Below, piece after piece: positions 63,545-64,000 of a stretch of 64,000 bases of DNA; position 1 is the stretch's first letter, and each line of letters starts with the position of its first letter. A program made the translations under genes and the position numbers. The stretch comes from Betaproteobacteria bacterium (GTDB lineage: Bacteria > Pseudomonadota > Gammaproteobacteria > Burkholderiales > SG8-39): NCBI GenBank assembly GCA_052386675.1, contig JBQTJX010000004.1, positions 71,330 through 135,329 of the forward strand, read 5' to 3'. Under the pieces are notes generated by a model that was given only the letters and a program-made list of their open reading frames with translations, did not search any database and had not been told where the DNA came from.

Positions 63545-63897
63545 TCGCTGCGCTGCGGCTTGCCGCTTCGGCGAGCCTGATCCTGATGATCGCCCTCTGC
63601 GTCGCCTGGGAACTCTGGCTGGCGCCGCTGCGGCCCGGCGGTTCATGGCTGGTGCTCAAGGCGCTGCCGCTGCTGGCGCCCTTGTTCGGGGTCCTGCGCG
63701 GCAAGCGCTACACCTACCAGTGGGCCGCGATGTTCATCCTGGCGTACTTCTGCGAGGGCGTGATGCGCGCCTGGGGCGACAAGGGCCTGTCGCAGCAGCT
63801 GGCGCTGCTGGAGGTGGTGCTCAGCCTCGCGTTTTTCGTCTCGACGGTGGCGTATGCGCGACTGACTCGAGCAAGCGCCTTGCCGCAGAGTAAATAG
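63541..63897 (+). CDS. DUF2069 membrane protein
   Basis: GTGA overlap with wrbA. ...WELWLAPLRPGGSWLVLKALPLL...RYTYQW... pattern. The wrbA-DUF2069 pairing is common. Confidence 0.8.
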   Translation: MIAALRLAASASLILMIALCVAWELWLAPLRPGGSWLVLKALPLLAPLFGVLRGKRYTYQWAAMFILAYFCEGVMRAWGDKGLSQQLALLEVVLSLAFFVSTVAYARLTRASALPQSK

Positions 63898-64000
63898 GCA
63901 TCTCGACCAGCTTTCCGTCCACCTTCGCGCGCTCGATCCCCGAGGCACGCGCTTTCTCGAACGCCGCCACCAATCGACGGGCCTTCGCGATCTCCGCCGC
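63821..64000 (-). CDS. C-terminal fragment of an HpcH/HpaI aldolase / citrate-lyase-beta (CitE)-like protein (gene continues beyond window)
   Basis: Open frame from the window edge: AAEIAKARRLVAAFEKARASGIERAKVDGKLVEMPIYSAARRLLE...-TGA(63821-63823). This resembles CitE-family C-termini. It is not in the ORF track because it has no start in the window. Confidence 0.4.
   Translation of the reverse strand, partial: AAEIAKARRLVAAFEKARASGIERAKVDGKLVEMPIYSAARRLLESVAHTPPSRRKTRG

Overview
High-GC (about two-thirds G+C by eye) proteobacterial chromosomal window, densely coding, with many ATGA/GTGA start-stop overlaps. I saw no rRNA, tRNA, CRISPR array or transposase. All identifications come from motif and sequence recognition only; no database search was run.

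Gene content in order:
- chrB(partial)-chrA, a DUF1330 gene and sodC.
- A minus-strand periplasmic formate dehydrogenase operon: Tat-target peptide, a Cys-type alpha subunit, Fe-S beta, a lipoprotein and cytochrome b gamma. Upstream of it is a coupled accessory operon: DUF3305, DUF3306, a 701-aa poly-ferredoxin and a TorD-like chaperone.
- moaA-fdhD.
- An acyl-CoA-dehydrogenase-like gene, a thioredoxin-fusion gene, and a candidate U-G-S-C selenoprotein that needs read-through of an in-frame TGA at 16438-16440.
- CoA-transferase, MFS transporter and AraC regulator.
- A roughly 21-kb co-directional string, 20121-40921. It opens with an unusual eight-gene redox cluster: 4-, 10- and 5-haem cytochromes c, a cNMP-binding/NrfC-like Fe-S fusion, a membrane protein, an outer-membrane barrel, a membrane-anchored FNR-like 2Fe-2S flavoprotein and a degenerate cyclase-FHA protein. 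It then runs through ccmABCDEFGHI, mobA, moeA and ctaA.
- rmuC; tesA/ybbA/ybbP; mnmH (selenouridine synthase) plus a methyltransferase.
- A low-GC islet carrying BrnT/BrnA and an orphan 260-aa gene.
- HDAC-like gene, MoxR ATPase, Ser/Thr kinase, and housekeeping genes (pyrF, nupC, wrbA and others).

A 22-26-bp GATC-centred perfect palindrome recurs at four loci, and at three of them it overlaps coding sequence or stop codons.

Top candidates for new biology are the selenoprotein module and the cNMP-linked multihaem/porin cluster.
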